From NCBI RefSeq assembly GCF_000186885.1, contig NC_014972.1, forward strand, positions 3,060,001-3,092,000: a DNA stretch of 32,000 nucleotides. Reading direction: 5' to 3'. The notes under the pieces were generated by a model. That model worked only from the letters and a program-made list of their open reading frames with translations, searched no databases and was not told where the DNA came from. Position numbers and translations under genes: made by a program. Below, piece after piece: positions 1 to 14,368 of the stretch. The first letter of the stretch is position 1. Every line of letters starts with the position of its first letter. The DNA is from Desulfobulbus propionicus DSM 2032. GTDB lineage: Bacteria; Desulfobacterota; Desulfobulbia; Desulfobulbales; Desulfobulbaceae.

Positions 1-698
1 AGGAGAAAGGCGGCCACATTGGCGGCCTCGTCGGTCTGCACTGCCCGCTTGCGCAGGGTGGCCTGTTCGGCAAAGAGATAGCTGTCGATGTAGCCAGGAA
101 TGCCGGCCGAGGCCGAGGTCTTGAGCAGGCCGGGGCAGACGGCGTTGAAGCGGACCTCGGAGAAGGCGGAAAAGCTTTTGGCCAGGAAGCAGAGCGACGA
201 TTCGAGCGCCGCCTTGACCGGGGCCATGTAGCCGTAATTCTCCGCCGCCATGCGGGTGGTGGAGATGGAAATGGTCACCAGCGAGGCCTGCCGGGCCAGC
301 AGTTCCTTGAAATGGTTGGCGATGCTGATGAACGAGAAGCAGGAGATATCCATGGCCTGGAGGAAATCGCGCTTCGGCGTCTGATGGAAGGGCCGCATGC
401 CCTCACTGTAGTTGGCAAAGGCGATGGAGTGGACGATGCCGTCGATGGGTTCGCTGATGTGGCCGGCGATCTCGTCGCGGACCCGGACGATGTTGGCCTC
501 GTCTTCGACATCGCAGCAGAACACCGGGCTGGTGGGGAAGAGCTTGGCCGCTGCTTCCGCCCGCTGCCCGCTGCGCACCACATGGACCACTGTTGCCCCG
601 GCCTCGACCAGCACCCGGCCGATGGCGCAGGCCACCGATTTCTTGTTGGCCAGGCCAAAGACCACAATCGTTTTGCCCGCAAGCTGCAAAAAATCCAC
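1..698 (-). CDS. fabI: Enoyl-ACP reductase (FabI-like SDR), C-terminus beyond the window edge
   Basis: Reverse frame from GTG at 698 reads [42 protein letters not shown]...; further on YGYMAPVK (FabI-style Y-x6-K) and [13 protein letters not shown]. It is missing from the ORF track because it starts with GTG and is truncated by the window. Confidence 0.85.
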   Translation of the reverse strand, partial: MDFLQLAGKTIVVFGLANKKSVACAIGRVLVEAGATVVHVVRSGQRAEAAAKLFPTSPVFCCDVEDEANIVRVRDEIAGHISEPIDGIVHSIAFANYSEGMRPFHQTPKRDFLQAMDISCFSFISIANHFKELLARQASLVTISISTTRMAAENYGYMAPVKAALESSLCFLAKSFSAFSEVRFNAVCPGLLKTSASAGIPGYIDSYLFAEQATLRKRAVQTDEAANVAAFL

Positions 699-1133
699 TC
701 AGCCCCCCTTGCGCGCGCAGGCGAACTCCACCTGCACCGCAGTTTTGCCGCCCACCTTGACCGCACCTTTCATGATCCAGGCCGGCCCCATCCGCTCGAC
801 TAGGGAGGCGCTAATCTCCAGGGTATCGCCGGGCCGAACCTCGCGTTTGAATTTGGCGCCGAGGATGCGGGTCAGCACCGGCACGCCGTCGCCCTCTTCC
901 GCCGCGCCGCGCATCCGTTCACCGATCAGCAGGGCCCCAGCCTGAAAGACCGCCTCGCAGAGCAGCACACCGGGCATGAGCGGATAGTCGGGATAATGGC
1001 CGCGAAAGACATCCAGATCTTCGTCCACCTTTTTCTCGGCGCGAATGGTGTCGCCGCTGATCGCCACCACCCGGTCCAGCCAGAGAAAGGGCGGCCGGTG
1101 GGGAATGCGTTCGAGAATGAAGGGATCAATCAT
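699..1133 (-). CDS. fabZ: 3-hydroxyacyl-ACP dehydratase, FabZ-like hotdog protein
   Basis: MIDPFILERIPHRPPFLWLDRV...FRGHYPDYPLMPGVLLCEAVFQAGA: FabZ-type His and Glu motifs. Confidence 0.88.
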   Translation of the reverse strand: MIDPFILERIPHRPPFLWLDRVVAISGDTIRAEKKVDEDLDVFRGHYPDYPLMPGVLLCEAVFQAGALLIGERMRGAAEEGDGVPVLTRILGAKFKREVRPGDTLEISASLVERMGPAWIMKGAVKVGGKTAVQVEFACARKGG

Positions 1134-1138
1134 GATGG

Positions 1139-1879
1139 TTACAGCCCGCCGGTGATTTCGAGCACCGCGCCGTTGATGTAGGCGGCACGATCGCTCGCGA
1201 GAAAGAGCACCGCCTCGGCCACTTCGGCCGGGGTGCCGAAACGGTTTGCCGGCACCATCTTCTTGTATTCCTTCACCTGCGCCTCGGGCAGATCAGCGAT
1301 CAGTTCGGTGGCGATGAACCCGGGCGAGACGCCGTTGACCGTGATCTTGCGCTTGGCCACCTCCTTGGAGAGCGATTTCATCAGGCCCACCTGGCCGGCC
1401 TTGGAGGCGGCGTAGTTGGCCTGGCCGGCAAAGCCCAGATGGCCCATGGGCGAGGTGACAAAGACGATGCGGCCATACTTCTGCTTCATCATCAGCGGCA
1501 CCGCGAACTTGGACATGGTGTAGCCGCCGGTGAGGTTGACATCGATCACCCGCCGCCAGTCCTCCTCCTTCATCATCGCCAGGACCGCATCACGGCGGAT
1601 GCCGGCGTTGTTGACCAGGATGTCGAGGGTCTCCCACTCGGCTTCCAGCTCGGCAAAAAAGGCAGCCACGGCCGGGTAGTCGCTGACATCCAGCTGCCTG
1701 AGCCGCAGACGGTCGCCGTATTGCGCACAGTCCAACCGCATGGCCTCGGCTGCCGCTGCATTGCCGCCATAGACCCCGACCACGTTTGCCCCCTGGGCGA
1801 GCAACGCCTCGGTGATGGCCCGGCCAATGCCGCGGGTGGCACCGGTGACGAGAGCTTTTTTCCCTTCAAATTCGAGCAT
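1139..1879 (-). CDS. fabG: 3-oxoacyl-ACP reductase (FabG-like SDR)
   Basis: KKALVTGATRGIGRAI, NNAGIRRD, YAASKAGQVGLMKSL (YxxxK), C-terminal YINGAVLEITGGL. Confidence 0.92.
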   Translation of the reverse strand: MLEFEGKKALVTGATRGIGRAITEALLAQGANVVGVYGGNAAAAEAMRLDCAQYGDRLRLRQLDVSDYPAVAAFFAELEAEWETLDILVNNAGIRRDAVLAMMKEEDWRRVIDVNLTGGYTMSKFAVPLMMKQKYGRIVFVTSPMGHLGFAGQANYAASKAGQVGLMKSLSKEVAKRKITVNGVSPGFIATELIADLPEAQVKEYKKMVPANRFGTPAEVAEAVLFLASDRAAYINGAVLEITGGL

Positions 1880-1920
1880 GGATTTTTTATTACCGTTTTG
1901 CTAATTATTTTAATTTTGAG

Positions 1921-2613
1921 CTAACACTCCAAAAAAGCGTGATTTCCTATAACCCAAACCCCAAAAAGAGGAACTTTTGACGAGACACTTAATTTTTGCA
2001 ATGATCCAACAACGGCCTCAACTTCAAACAAGCTTGCAAACCTGCTATAATCCAACCATCCAACAAGCTCTCGGCTGAACGAATGAATCAGCATCACCGC
2101 AGCAACAGCCCTAAATTGCTCTGCCGTGATTATAGCGGAGACTGCGCGATGAAGTAGTTGGTACCTAATCGTATCATCGGGTAGAGACGTCAACCCCAAG
2201 GAATCCAAAAGGAATTCCAGCCGTTTCATCTTCCCCTCCGAAGCATTTTTCAACCAATCTGTCACTCTTGGTCCAAAAGACTCGCTGACTTTGCCTTCCA
2301 CCATGATGCAGACAGGGCCAGCTGTGGATCGGGATAAGATAAAGATATCGTTTTGCGAACTATTCCTTCCCCCAGGCAAAGGAACCTTAAATTCGGGAAT
2401 GCCGATGACAGGCTGAAGATTAGCTAAAAGTGGATCCATGCTCTCTGCAAAGGGTTGTGCAACTTCCTCTGGTAGTTCCTCCGACGACTCCCAGCAATAC
2501 GCTAAGGTCCGAGCGGAATATCCTTTTCGCCAATGTCTATCTGGATCAGCCAGCAAAGCCTGCCAATCCTCAACCCCGGTCGTAAAAGGAAATATACGGG
2601 ATTTCTTTTCCAT
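1921..2613 (-). CDS. Hypothetical protein (230 aa); D...ExK pattern suggestive of a PD-(D/E)XK-like fold
   Basis: Open frame with ATG; sequence ...SSQNDIFILSRSTAGPVCIMVEGKVSESFG...; visibly AT-richer than flanking genes. Confidence 0.7.
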   Translation of the reverse strand: MEKKSRIFPFTTGVEDWQALLADPDRHWRKGYSARTLAYCWESSEELPEEVAQPFAESMDPLLANLQPVIGIPEFKVPLPGGRNSSQNDIFILSRSTAGPVCIMVEGKVSESFGPRVTDWLKNASEGKMKRLEFLLDSLGLTSLPDDTIRYQLLHRAVSAIITAEQFRAVAAVMLIHSFSRELVGWLDYSRFASLFEVEAVVGSLQKLSVSSKVPLFGVWVIGNHAFLEC

Positions 2614-2622
2614 GTTCCCTAA

Positions 2623-4053
2623 CTACCCCCTCAAATACCCATCCACATCGTTGGCCACGATCACCCCATAGTTGATCGCCCCCAGCCAACCGCTCATGAT
2701 GATCCCGACCGAGCCGACATGAAAGAGGCCCCCTATCTCCTTGTGCAGGAAGCGGGAGATGTCGAGGCCCTCGAACTTGGTGCCGAACGAGGTGCCCTTG
2801 GTGTGCAGGGTGTAGCGGTGGAAGGTCTTGGGCGTGGCCGACTCGATGGTGTCGATCTTGGCGCGGATGCCGGGGAGGTAGCGGTCCAGATCGACCAGAC
2901 AGCGTTCGATCATCGCCTCCTTGGCCGCATGGTAGGCCGCATCGCCCAACCCGGCCCAGTCGTCGTAGTTGGCATTCATCGAGGCGACGATGGTGTAATC
3001 GGGCGCCGCATCCGGCCGGGTTTTGGGATAGTAGAGGGAAAAGGTGCGGCTTTGGGTGTCCATGCGCCGCATCTCCTCCGAGGAGAACTCCGGGGCGGTG
3101 GAGGTGAAGAGCAGGTCGCCGATGTCGGGAATGGTCTCGCCCCGGCGGATACCGAAATAGACCTGGCAGCTCGAATTGTTGACCTGCACCTTACCAAAGC
3201 GGCCGAGGAAGTCCTTGGTAAAACACTCCCGCCCGACCAACTGGTCGATGGTGTTGGTGACGCCCGCGTTGGAGACCACTGCCCGGGCGCTGATCTCGCG
3301 GTCCCCCACCACCACGCCGGTGGTCACGCCGTCCTTCACCAGGATGCGGTCCACCCGCGCGCCGGTGCAGATATCCACGCCCTTGGCCAGCAGTTCCTCA
3401 GCCATCAGGCCGATCAGTTTGTCGGTGCCGCCCTCGAAGGTGAACACGCCCCGGTTCATGAAGTTGGAGAAGACGATGCCGTAGGTGATGGCTGGCTCGT
3501 CCAGGGTGGAGCCGTTGGCGTAAGTGATCGGTTCCATTAGCAACCGGTGCACGTCGCTACGGCCGGGAAAGAATTGCTCGAACAGTTCCCGGGTGGTGAG
3601 CCGCTGGTCGTCGTAGAAGTTCATGCCATCCACGGTGGCGAAGAAGTCCTCGACCACCTGCTGGCTGATGCCGAACCGTTCCTGAAGGATGCGGATGAAG
3701 TCCTCCTTGCTGAAGGTGGTGGTCAGGGAGAACTGGGGGTTGTCGAAGACGATGTGCTGCAGCTGGACGATGGAGTCGCGGATGGCCTTGCCCCAGTACT
3801 TCTTGCAGGTCTTGACCATGCCGTAGGGAAAGCCGTGCAGGGAGACGTCGAAGATATGGCCGCCGCGCTTGAACCAGGTGGCCAGCCCGCCCAGTTGAAT
3901 GTGATGTTCGAGCAGCAACACACTGTGGCCGGCCGCGGCCAAGCGGTTGGCGCTGGTCAGGCCGCCAAGCCCGGAACCGACCACAATGACGTCATATTGG
4001 GGGCGAACCCTATCCAGCGGTGTATAGCGCATCGTTCTCCATGGTGGTTGCAA
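2623..4053 (-). CDS. CrtI/phytoene desaturase-like FAD-dependent oxidoreductase
   Basis: N-terminal Rossmann [29 protein letters not shown]; C-terminal [29 protein letters not shown]. True start may be the internal MRYTPLDRV. Confidence 0.85.
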   Translation of the reverse strand: MQPPWRTMRYTPLDRVRPQYDVIVVGSGLGGLTSANRLAAAGHSVLLLEHHIQLGGLATWFKRGGHIFDVSLHGFPYGMVKTCKKYWGKAIRDSIVQLQHIVFDNPQFSLTTTFSKEDFIRILQERFGISQQVVEDFFATVDGMNFYDDQRLTTRELFEQFFPGRSDVHRLLMEPITYANGSTLDEPAITYGIVFSNFMNRGVFTFEGGTDKLIGLMAEELLAKGVDICTGARVDRILVKDGVTTGVVVGDREISARAVVSNAGVTNTIDQLVGRECFTKDFLGRFGKVQVNNSSCQVYFGIRRGETIPDIGDLLFTSTAPEFSSEEMRRMDTQSRTFSLYYPKTRPDAAPDYTIVASMNANYDDWAGLGDAAYHAAKEAMIERCLVDLDRYLPGIRAKIDTIESATPKTFHRYTLHTKGTSFGTKFEGLDISRFLHKEIGGLFHVGSVGIIMSGWLGAINYGVIVANDVDGYLRG

Positions 4054-4086
4054 AACGGACGGACACAGCTCTGCTCTGGGGGCGGA

Positions 4087-5463
4087 TCACCGCAAAATAT
4101 GCTGATTGACCACGGTAATCCCGCTGAGCATGGCACCGACAATACCCAGGTAACCCTGATCGGTGCCGGCGAGAAAGAGGTTGGGCCAGGGAGTCCGGCC
4201 GTCCTTGATCTTGATGCCGCTGCCATAGACCGCACCCTGGGCCTTGCGGGTGAAGCGTTCGATGGTCACCGGCGTGAAGCTGTCCTGATATACAATGAAC
4301 CGGCGATAATTCCCAACGATTTCCTCGCTGGCCACGGTGGCGGCCTCGGTCCAGTGCTGTTTCGCAGCCCTGTACGCCGCTGGAGCCAAAGCCTTCCACA
4401 ACGGATAGCTGGCGGCGTTGGTCACCCGGATCTGGGCCATGTCCGCCGGCGGCAGACCGGCAAAATGCTCGGGAAAGCAGATCACCCCCCAGGAGGGGTC
4501 GAGATAGTCGGCAGGCCGGCAATAGTTGAGCCGCTCGCCGTTGTGGTAGAAGATGATGGTCCGCTCCCGGCCAAGCGATGCGGCCGCAGCCTGCGGCAGC
4601 AGGGAGATGGTCTCCATGAAGCTCATCCGGCCGCAATAGCGTTCCTGGTCGGCCTTCCAACCGGAGAGCCGGATCGTTTCCGGGATGCCGGCGGTGGACA
4701 GCACCACCTCGGCGCTCAGTTCCTCGCCGTTTTCCAGCCGCACGCCCGCAACCCGACCCTGATCGATGCAAAGGGCACCCACTGGGCTGCGAAAGCGCAG
4801 TTCGCCGCCGAAGGATTGATACTGGCGCACCAGCAGATCGAGGAACTCGCGCATGGTCGCGGCGGGCCGGAAAAACCCTTCCTCGAACACGGCGCGGAAC
4901 ATGATGACAAACTGGCCCAGGTCCATGTCCTGCTCCTCGGCATTGCCGTAGACCATCAGCGGCAGCAGCAGCATGTCTTCCAGGAGCGGATTGCCCAGTC
5001 GTTCGGCCAACACAGCCCGGGTGGATCGCCACGGGGCCGGGGCAAAGGGATCGTAGGCCGCGATCTCGGCCCGCAGCGCTCGAAAATGGTCGAGGCTTTC
5101 GGGAAACTCGCGGGCAATTTCGGCCTCAAGGGTCGCCGGATCGTTGCTGAATAGCAGAGAGCGGTCGGCAAAGCGGATTTCGGATCCGATCTGCTCGTGC
5201 AGGGCAAACTGCTTGCGGGAGAGGTGCAACTGGCGAAACAGCCGGTTGAGCGGGGCGCGCTTGTCGCCGAGCGCGGCACAGTTGGTCATGGCGTGCAGCC
5301 CGGTTTCAAACAGCCGCCCCTGGCGGAGATAGAAGGAGTTGAGCCCACCGGGCAGGCTGTGCTGCTCCAGGATCAGGGTTTTGCGGCCGAAGCGGGCAGC
5401 GCGGATACCGGCCGCCAGTCCCGACAACCCACCCCCGATGATGATCAGTTCATAGTCAGCCAT
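4087..5463 (-). CDS. Second CrtI-like NAD(P)/FAD-dependent oxidoreductase
   Basis: MADYELIIIGGGLSGLAAGIRAARFGRKTLILEQHSLPGGLNSF...; C-terminal LFLAGTDQGYLGIVGAMLSGITVVN. Confidence 0.85.
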   Translation of the reverse strand: MADYELIIIGGGLSGLAAGIRAARFGRKTLILEQHSLPGGLNSFYLRQGRLFETGLHAMTNCAALGDKRAPLNRLFRQLHLSRKQFALHEQIGSEIRFADRSLLFSNDPATLEAEIAREFPESLDHFRALRAEIAAYDPFAPAPWRSTRAVLAERLGNPLLEDMLLLPLMVYGNAEEQDMDLGQFVIMFRAVFEEGFFRPAATMREFLDLLVRQYQSFGGELRFRSPVGALCIDQGRVAGVRLENGEELSAEVVLSTAGIPETIRLSGWKADQERYCGRMSFMETISLLPQAAAASLGRERTIIFYHNGERLNYCRPADYLDPSWGVICFPEHFAGLPPADMAQIRVTNAASYPLWKALAPAAYRAAKQHWTEAATVASEEIVGNYRRFIVYQDSFTPVTIERFTRKAQGAVYGSGIKIKDGRTPWPNLFLAGTDQGYLGIVGAMLSGITVVNQHILR

Positions 5464-5526
5464 GGACGCGGGCAGGACCGGCGGACGTGGTCCGACATCA
5501 GGACCACTCGCGCGCCGGCAGGAGGC

Positions 5527-5778
5527 TCAGACGTTTTGCAGTTTGGGTTCCAGATAGTTGACGCAACTGGTCAGGGTGGCGAGCTGCGGATATTCCTCCT
5601 CGGGGATCTGCAACTTGTAGCGTTTGCGCAACTCCATGACAATATCGAGAAAATCCATGGAGTCGAGATCCAGCTGGTCGCGCAGGGGGGCATCGGCATC
5701 CAGGCTGGCAAAATCGGCTTCTTCATCAATATCTGCTATGATTTCAAGGATTACGTCCTTGATTTCGTCACGGCTCAT
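5527..5778 (-). CDS. Acyl carrier protein
   Basis: 83 aa acidic protein with phosphopantetheine site context DLDSMDFLDIVMELRKRY. Confidence 0.9.
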   Translation of the reverse strand: MSRDEIKDVILEIIADIDEEADFASLDADAPLRDQLDLDSMDFLDIVMELRKRYKLQIPEEEYPQLATLTSCVNYLEPKLQNV

Positions 5779-5854
5779 ACTTCGGTTCCTCTATATAAAA
5801 AAACAAATACAGTTGAAGTTCGGTAAAAATTGGAGAGAAATACCACAGACACCC

Positions 5855-7114
5855 TCAGTTCGCCACAAATCTCTCGACAATGACCACCGAATTGATCCCC
5901 AGCATGCCAAAGGAGTTGTTGAGGATGGCATCGACCCGTTCCAGCTGCTTCGGGGCGTTGGCCACCAGTCCGGGCAAGGCGCATTCCGGGTCGAGGTTGT
6001 CCACATTGATGGTCGGATGGACCATATTGTCGGTGAACGAGGGCAGGTTGCCGGCCAGTTCGAGCACGCCGGCAGCGCCCATGGCATGGCCGATGCTCGA
6101 CTTGGTGTTGTTGATCCAGGTGTTCTCACAGCCGGCAAAGGTCTCGCGAACGGCGTTGCACTCCTCGACGTCGCCCTGCTTGGTGCCGGTGGCGTGGGTG
6201 TTGACAATGGTGATGTCCGCAGGCGACAGGCCAGCCCGCGCCAGCGCCATTTCCATGCACTGCCGTTGGCGAGGCCCATACGGCAGGACAAAATCGCGAG
6301 CATCGGAGTTCATGGCATAGCCGGTGATCTCGCCGTAGATTGAGGCCCCGCGCTCCAGGGCCGCATCCAGCCGCTCCAGGGTGAAGACGCAGCCGCCCTC
6401 GGAGATGACGATGCCATTGCGGTCGCGGTCAAAGGGACGGCTGGCCTTGGTCGGGTCCTGGTGCTCGGCTAGCGCCCCCTGGGCCCGGAAGGAGGCAAAG
6501 ATGCCAAACGAGCCGACGCATTCCGAGAGGCCGCCGCACAGGGCGAGGTCGACCTCGCCCAGGCGCAGCATCTGTACCCCCTGGATCAGGGCCGCGTTGC
6601 CGGCGGCACAGGCCGCGCCGATGGAGTAATGCGGTCCGGTCAAGCGGAGATTCATGGTGATCTCGCCGGCCGGATTGTTGAGCACGGTACGCGGATTATG
6701 GTGGTGAGTCCAGTAGTTGACATCATGGCCGTACTGGCCGATGTTATAGACCTCGTTTTCGGTCTCCACCGTGCCGTGTTCGGTCAGACCGATGTACACA
6801 CCGGTGGCGGCCGGGTCGTAGGTGGAAAAATCGATGCCCGCATCCACCAGGGCCTCGTTGGCGCAATAGACGCCGATGCAACCGGCGCGGGTGCCGCGGC
6901 TGTTCTCCCGCTTCTTGCGGTAGCGGGTCTCGGCAAAGCTGCATAGACCGGCCGGATGGACGCCCATATAGCGCAGGTCAAGGGTGGAGATGCCGCTGGT
7001 GCCGGCCAGGAGATTGGCGCGGAATTCGCTCAGATTGGCGGCGCCGGGCGCGGTCAGACCGACACCGGTGATGACGATACGTTGATGTGTTGCGTGTTGT
7101 TCCATACTGCTCAT
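5855..7114 (-). CDS. Beta-ketoacyl-ACP synthase (KAS II/FabF family)
   Basis: Catalytic Cys in GAACAAGNAALIQG, His motifs NTHATGTKQGD and NTKSSIGHAMGAAG. Confidence 0.92.
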   Translation of the reverse strand: MSSMEQHATHQRIVITGVGLTAPGAANLSEFRANLLAGTSGISTLDLRYMGVHPAGLCSFAETRYRKKRENSRGTRAGCIGVYCANEALVDAGIDFSTYDPAATGVYIGLTEHGTVETENEVYNIGQYGHDVNYWTHHHNPRTVLNNPAGEITMNLRLTGPHYSIGAACAAGNAALIQGVQMLRLGEVDLALCGGLSECVGSFGIFASFRAQGALAEHQDPTKASRPFDRDRNGIVISEGGCVFTLERLDAALERGASIYGEITGYAMNSDARDFVLPYGPRQRQCMEMALARAGLSPADITIVNTHATGTKQGDVEECNAVRETFAGCENTWINNTKSSIGHAMGAAGVLELAGNLPSFTDNMVHPTINVDNLDPECALPGLVANAPKQLERVDAILNNSFGMLGINSVVIVERFVAN

Positions 7115-7122
7115 TCAGGGGA

Positions 7123-9771
<2,649 letters not shown>

Positions 9772-9964
9772 TGTGTTGTCATGGCTTGATTTTTTCAGGG
9801 AGAATCCACACCGGGACCACTGACGGGCAGCCGCTTGCCACCCGCTGTGCCCGCCAAGAGGAGAAACACTCCAGGGCAAGCAGGCGAGGTGCCCACAGCA
9901 GAGCTGACCATGATACCATGAAATCAGCCGTTGCAAAGAAAAAATGACACCAGGAGTCCCTGAT

Positions 9965-9994
9965 AAAAAAAGGCGGGATGCCATGCATCCCGCC
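9965..9994 (-). terminator. Rho-independent terminator of acs
   Basis: Arms GGCGGGATG (9972-9980) / CATCCCGCC (9986-9994), 5-nt loop, A-run on + strand (= U-run for the minus transcript). Confidence 0.85.
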
Positions 9995-10060
9995 TGTCCA
10001 TTTCCCTGCGACCATGCCGACTGCTGGCGGCGGCGCGCGTGGAACAACCGATGGGGCTGA

Positions 10061-12046
<1,986 letters not shown>

Positions 12047-12589
12047 AACACGCTCCCCCTCAACAAAAAAACCGCTTGTTCCATGTTACCCATGCCTCCC
12101 GCGTCTCAACCCCTCCGCAGGCAGCCATGGCCAGCCAACTCGGAACACTGGACCGCGCCGTCAGCCTTTTCTTCGGCAAAAGCCTGCCACCAAGGACAAC
12201 TTCTGCTGTTCGATCTGGTACTGAGGTTTTCGGCTCAGAACTCCTAGTTTGAATATGTACAGGAGATTTGCAAAAAAAGAAAACGATTCCCGCGTGAAAC
12301 CGCTGTCAATGTGCATTTTCCCGCGAAAGAGACTCACTATTGACAAAAAGCGGCCCGTTCCATCAGCAGAATCGAGAATTGGAATCAATTTCCTTGCGGT
12401 TTCAAGGAGCTGCGCACTTTGCCATCTTGCTTGTTTGCACAGTATGACCAATATAGTATTGATAACGAAATACCCGCACGCGTGACCACCGGCCGCTCGG
12501 TGATGACGCATGCACGACAATCTGACAACAAACGGTCACGCACCGTTCTGGCCAGGCGCTCTGCCTGAAATCCACCCTTGGAGGTTTTG

Positions 12590-12805
12590 ATGATCATCAC
12601 CGACTGGATTCACGCGATTGCTGGATTTTTCATCCTGATCAGCCTGGCACTGGGCGTTGACAGCCCGAACAACCCCCTGTTCGTCAGCCGGTATTGGTTG
12701 CTGCTCACCGCTTTTGTCGGTGCCAACCTGTTGCAGTTCGGCTTCAGCAAATTCTGCCCACTGGGGCTGATCCTGAAAAAATTGGGCGTCCCGGAACAAC
12801 GGTAG
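12590..12805 (+). CDS. Small inner-membrane protein, DUF2892/YgaP-TM-like
   Basis: MIITDWIHAIAGFFILISLALGVDSPNNPLFVSRYWLLLTAFVGANLLQFGFSKFCPLGLILKKLGV; SD-like GGAGG upstream. Confidence 0.8.
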   Translation: MIITDWIHAIAGFFILISLALGVDSPNNPLFVSRYWLLLTAFVGANLLQFGFSKFCPLGLILKKLGVPEQR

Positions 12806-12831
12806 CTCGCGTGCCGGTTCCGCCGTTTCCA

Positions 12832-14193
12832 TCATTGCCCTGTCGCGCCTCGGTGCCGCCTTAACCGGGACAGGCAGAGCAAGGAGACAAGGAGCAGGCC
12901 GATAACCAGGTACCACGGAAAATAGCCCATGGTCAGACGGAAGGCCTGATCCTCGATACGCGCTGCCGGCCACTCGGGATGTAACAGCGCCGTGGTGTCG
13001 CGCAACCGTTGCATTAGCCCGGCAAAAACCAGGCCGATGCCCCCATAGGCGGCGTTGAAGGCCAGCCCCTTGAAGCTCAGCACCGTGGCGCGTTGATGCG
13101 ACTCGGCAATCTCGTTGAGATAATGGCTGGTGAAAAAGCTGGTCAGGGTGAGGGCGACGAACACCGCAACCATCGGCAACACCCCCAGATAGGGGACGAA
13201 TACCGTCAAACCGCCCAGCACCACCAGGGAACCGCCGCCAAGCAGGAGCAAATTCCTGGCAGGAGAAAACCGTTCGACCATCCCCCGCGCCAGGCGTGGC
13301 ACGAACAGGCCAAGCACCGCCACCAGCGAACCGATCAGGCCGAAACTGGCCTCCGGCAGATCTATCAGGCGATAATACTTGCTGGTGAGAGTGACGATCA
13401 GCCGCAGGGTATGATCAATGGTCATGGCGTAGAGAATGATCGCCAGGGCCAGGGGGGTGTGCACAATCCATCCGCCGGCGCGCACCGTCAGCCGCGAAAG
13501 CTCCCAGAGCGCTGCCAGGGACGACACGCTTTGCGACCGGCGCGTTCGCCCCGCCGAATCCCGCATCCGCAGGGTCACCGCCAGCGCCAGTAGGCCAAAG
13601 ATCAGGGTGAGATACACCGGGTAGCGCATGGTCATCTGCTGGGTCACGTTCCCGCCCCAGCCCACCCACCCCAGTATCCGATTGACCATGCCGGGATCGT
13701 AGACCACCGCGCCAAGGGTCATGGCAAACATATAGCCGATGCTCTGGGCCCGCATCTGCACCTCGAGCACCCGGGGCCATTCGCCAGCCAAGCCATGAGC
13801 CGCCAGGGTGTCATAGGCCAAGGCCTCGTCGGCGCCGCTGGCCAGGGCCTCGGCCAGGCCGCTGAGTATCCGGTTGGCGAGAAAGGCGAGAAAAATACCT
13901 TGCGGGTTGCCGAGCGGCACAAAGGCGAGCAGCGCCATCTCGGCGATCATCAGGCCCGAGGTGGTCACCAACAGTCGTTTCCGGCCCAGCAAATCGGCCA
14001 GCGCCCCGGAAGGAACCTCGGCAAGGACAATGGTGAAGGCCCACACGGTGTTGAGCAGGGCAAACTGCTCCAGGCTCAGTCCGTAATCAAGGAAGAGGAT
14101 GGTGAACACCGGATAATAGAATCGAGCATTGAACAGAACGCGGAACATCACGAACAAACGGATATTGGGCAGGGCGAGCGGCGATCTGTTCAT
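12832..14193 (-). CDS. Major facilitator superfamily transporter
   Basis: 453 aa with many hydrophobic segments and MFS loop AEVPSGALADLLGRKRLLV. Confidence 0.85.
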   Translation of the reverse strand: MNRSPLALPNIRLFVMFRVLFNARFYYPVFTILFLDYGLSLEQFALLNTVWAFTIVLAEVPSGALADLLGRKRLLVTTSGLMIAEMALLAFVPLGNPQGIFLAFLANRILSGLAEALASGADEALAYDTLAAHGLAGEWPRVLEVQMRAQSIGYMFAMTLGAVVYDPGMVNRILGWVGWGGNVTQQMTMRYPVYLTLIFGLLALAVTLRMRDSAGRTRRSQSVSSLAALWELSRLTVRAGGWIVHTPLALAIILYAMTIDHTLRLIVTLTSKYYRLIDLPEASFGLIGSLVAVLGLFVPRLARGMVERFSPARNLLLLGGGSLVVLGGLTVFVPYLGVLPMVAVFVALTLTSFFTSHYLNEIAESHQRATVLSFKGLAFNAAYGGIGLVFAGLMQRLRDTTALLHPEWPAARIEDQAFRLTMGYFPWYLVIGLLLVSLLCLSRLRRHRGATGQ

Positions 14194-14368
14194 CGGTCGA
14201 CCCCGTTGCCGCCAACCGCCTCTCGCGCCGCGCTCCCCAGCCCTTCCCGGCCAACAGGCAATTGCATTGGACTCTTCCTCCGTGATCCTTTATAGTTAAA
14301 AACAGTTCTCTTCACGCGACAACCACGCTCGCTTCCATGCAACCGCCAGGGCCGGAACCCACAGGAAC

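Noticed and set aside
3547-5154. Long + strand ORF (535 aa) over the two FAD oxidoreductases
   Set aside because: Shadow ORF in GC-rich DNA opposite clearly recognisable minus-strand proteins; the same applies to 7087-8463, 10436-12247 and 25776-27470 (+), and to 17919-19019 and 19068-21212 (-).
12161-12520. Minus-strand 119-aa and overlapping + strand small ORFs between acs and the DUF2892 gene
   Set aside because: No recognisable motifs and overlapping frames on both strands; most simply an intergenic regulatory region.
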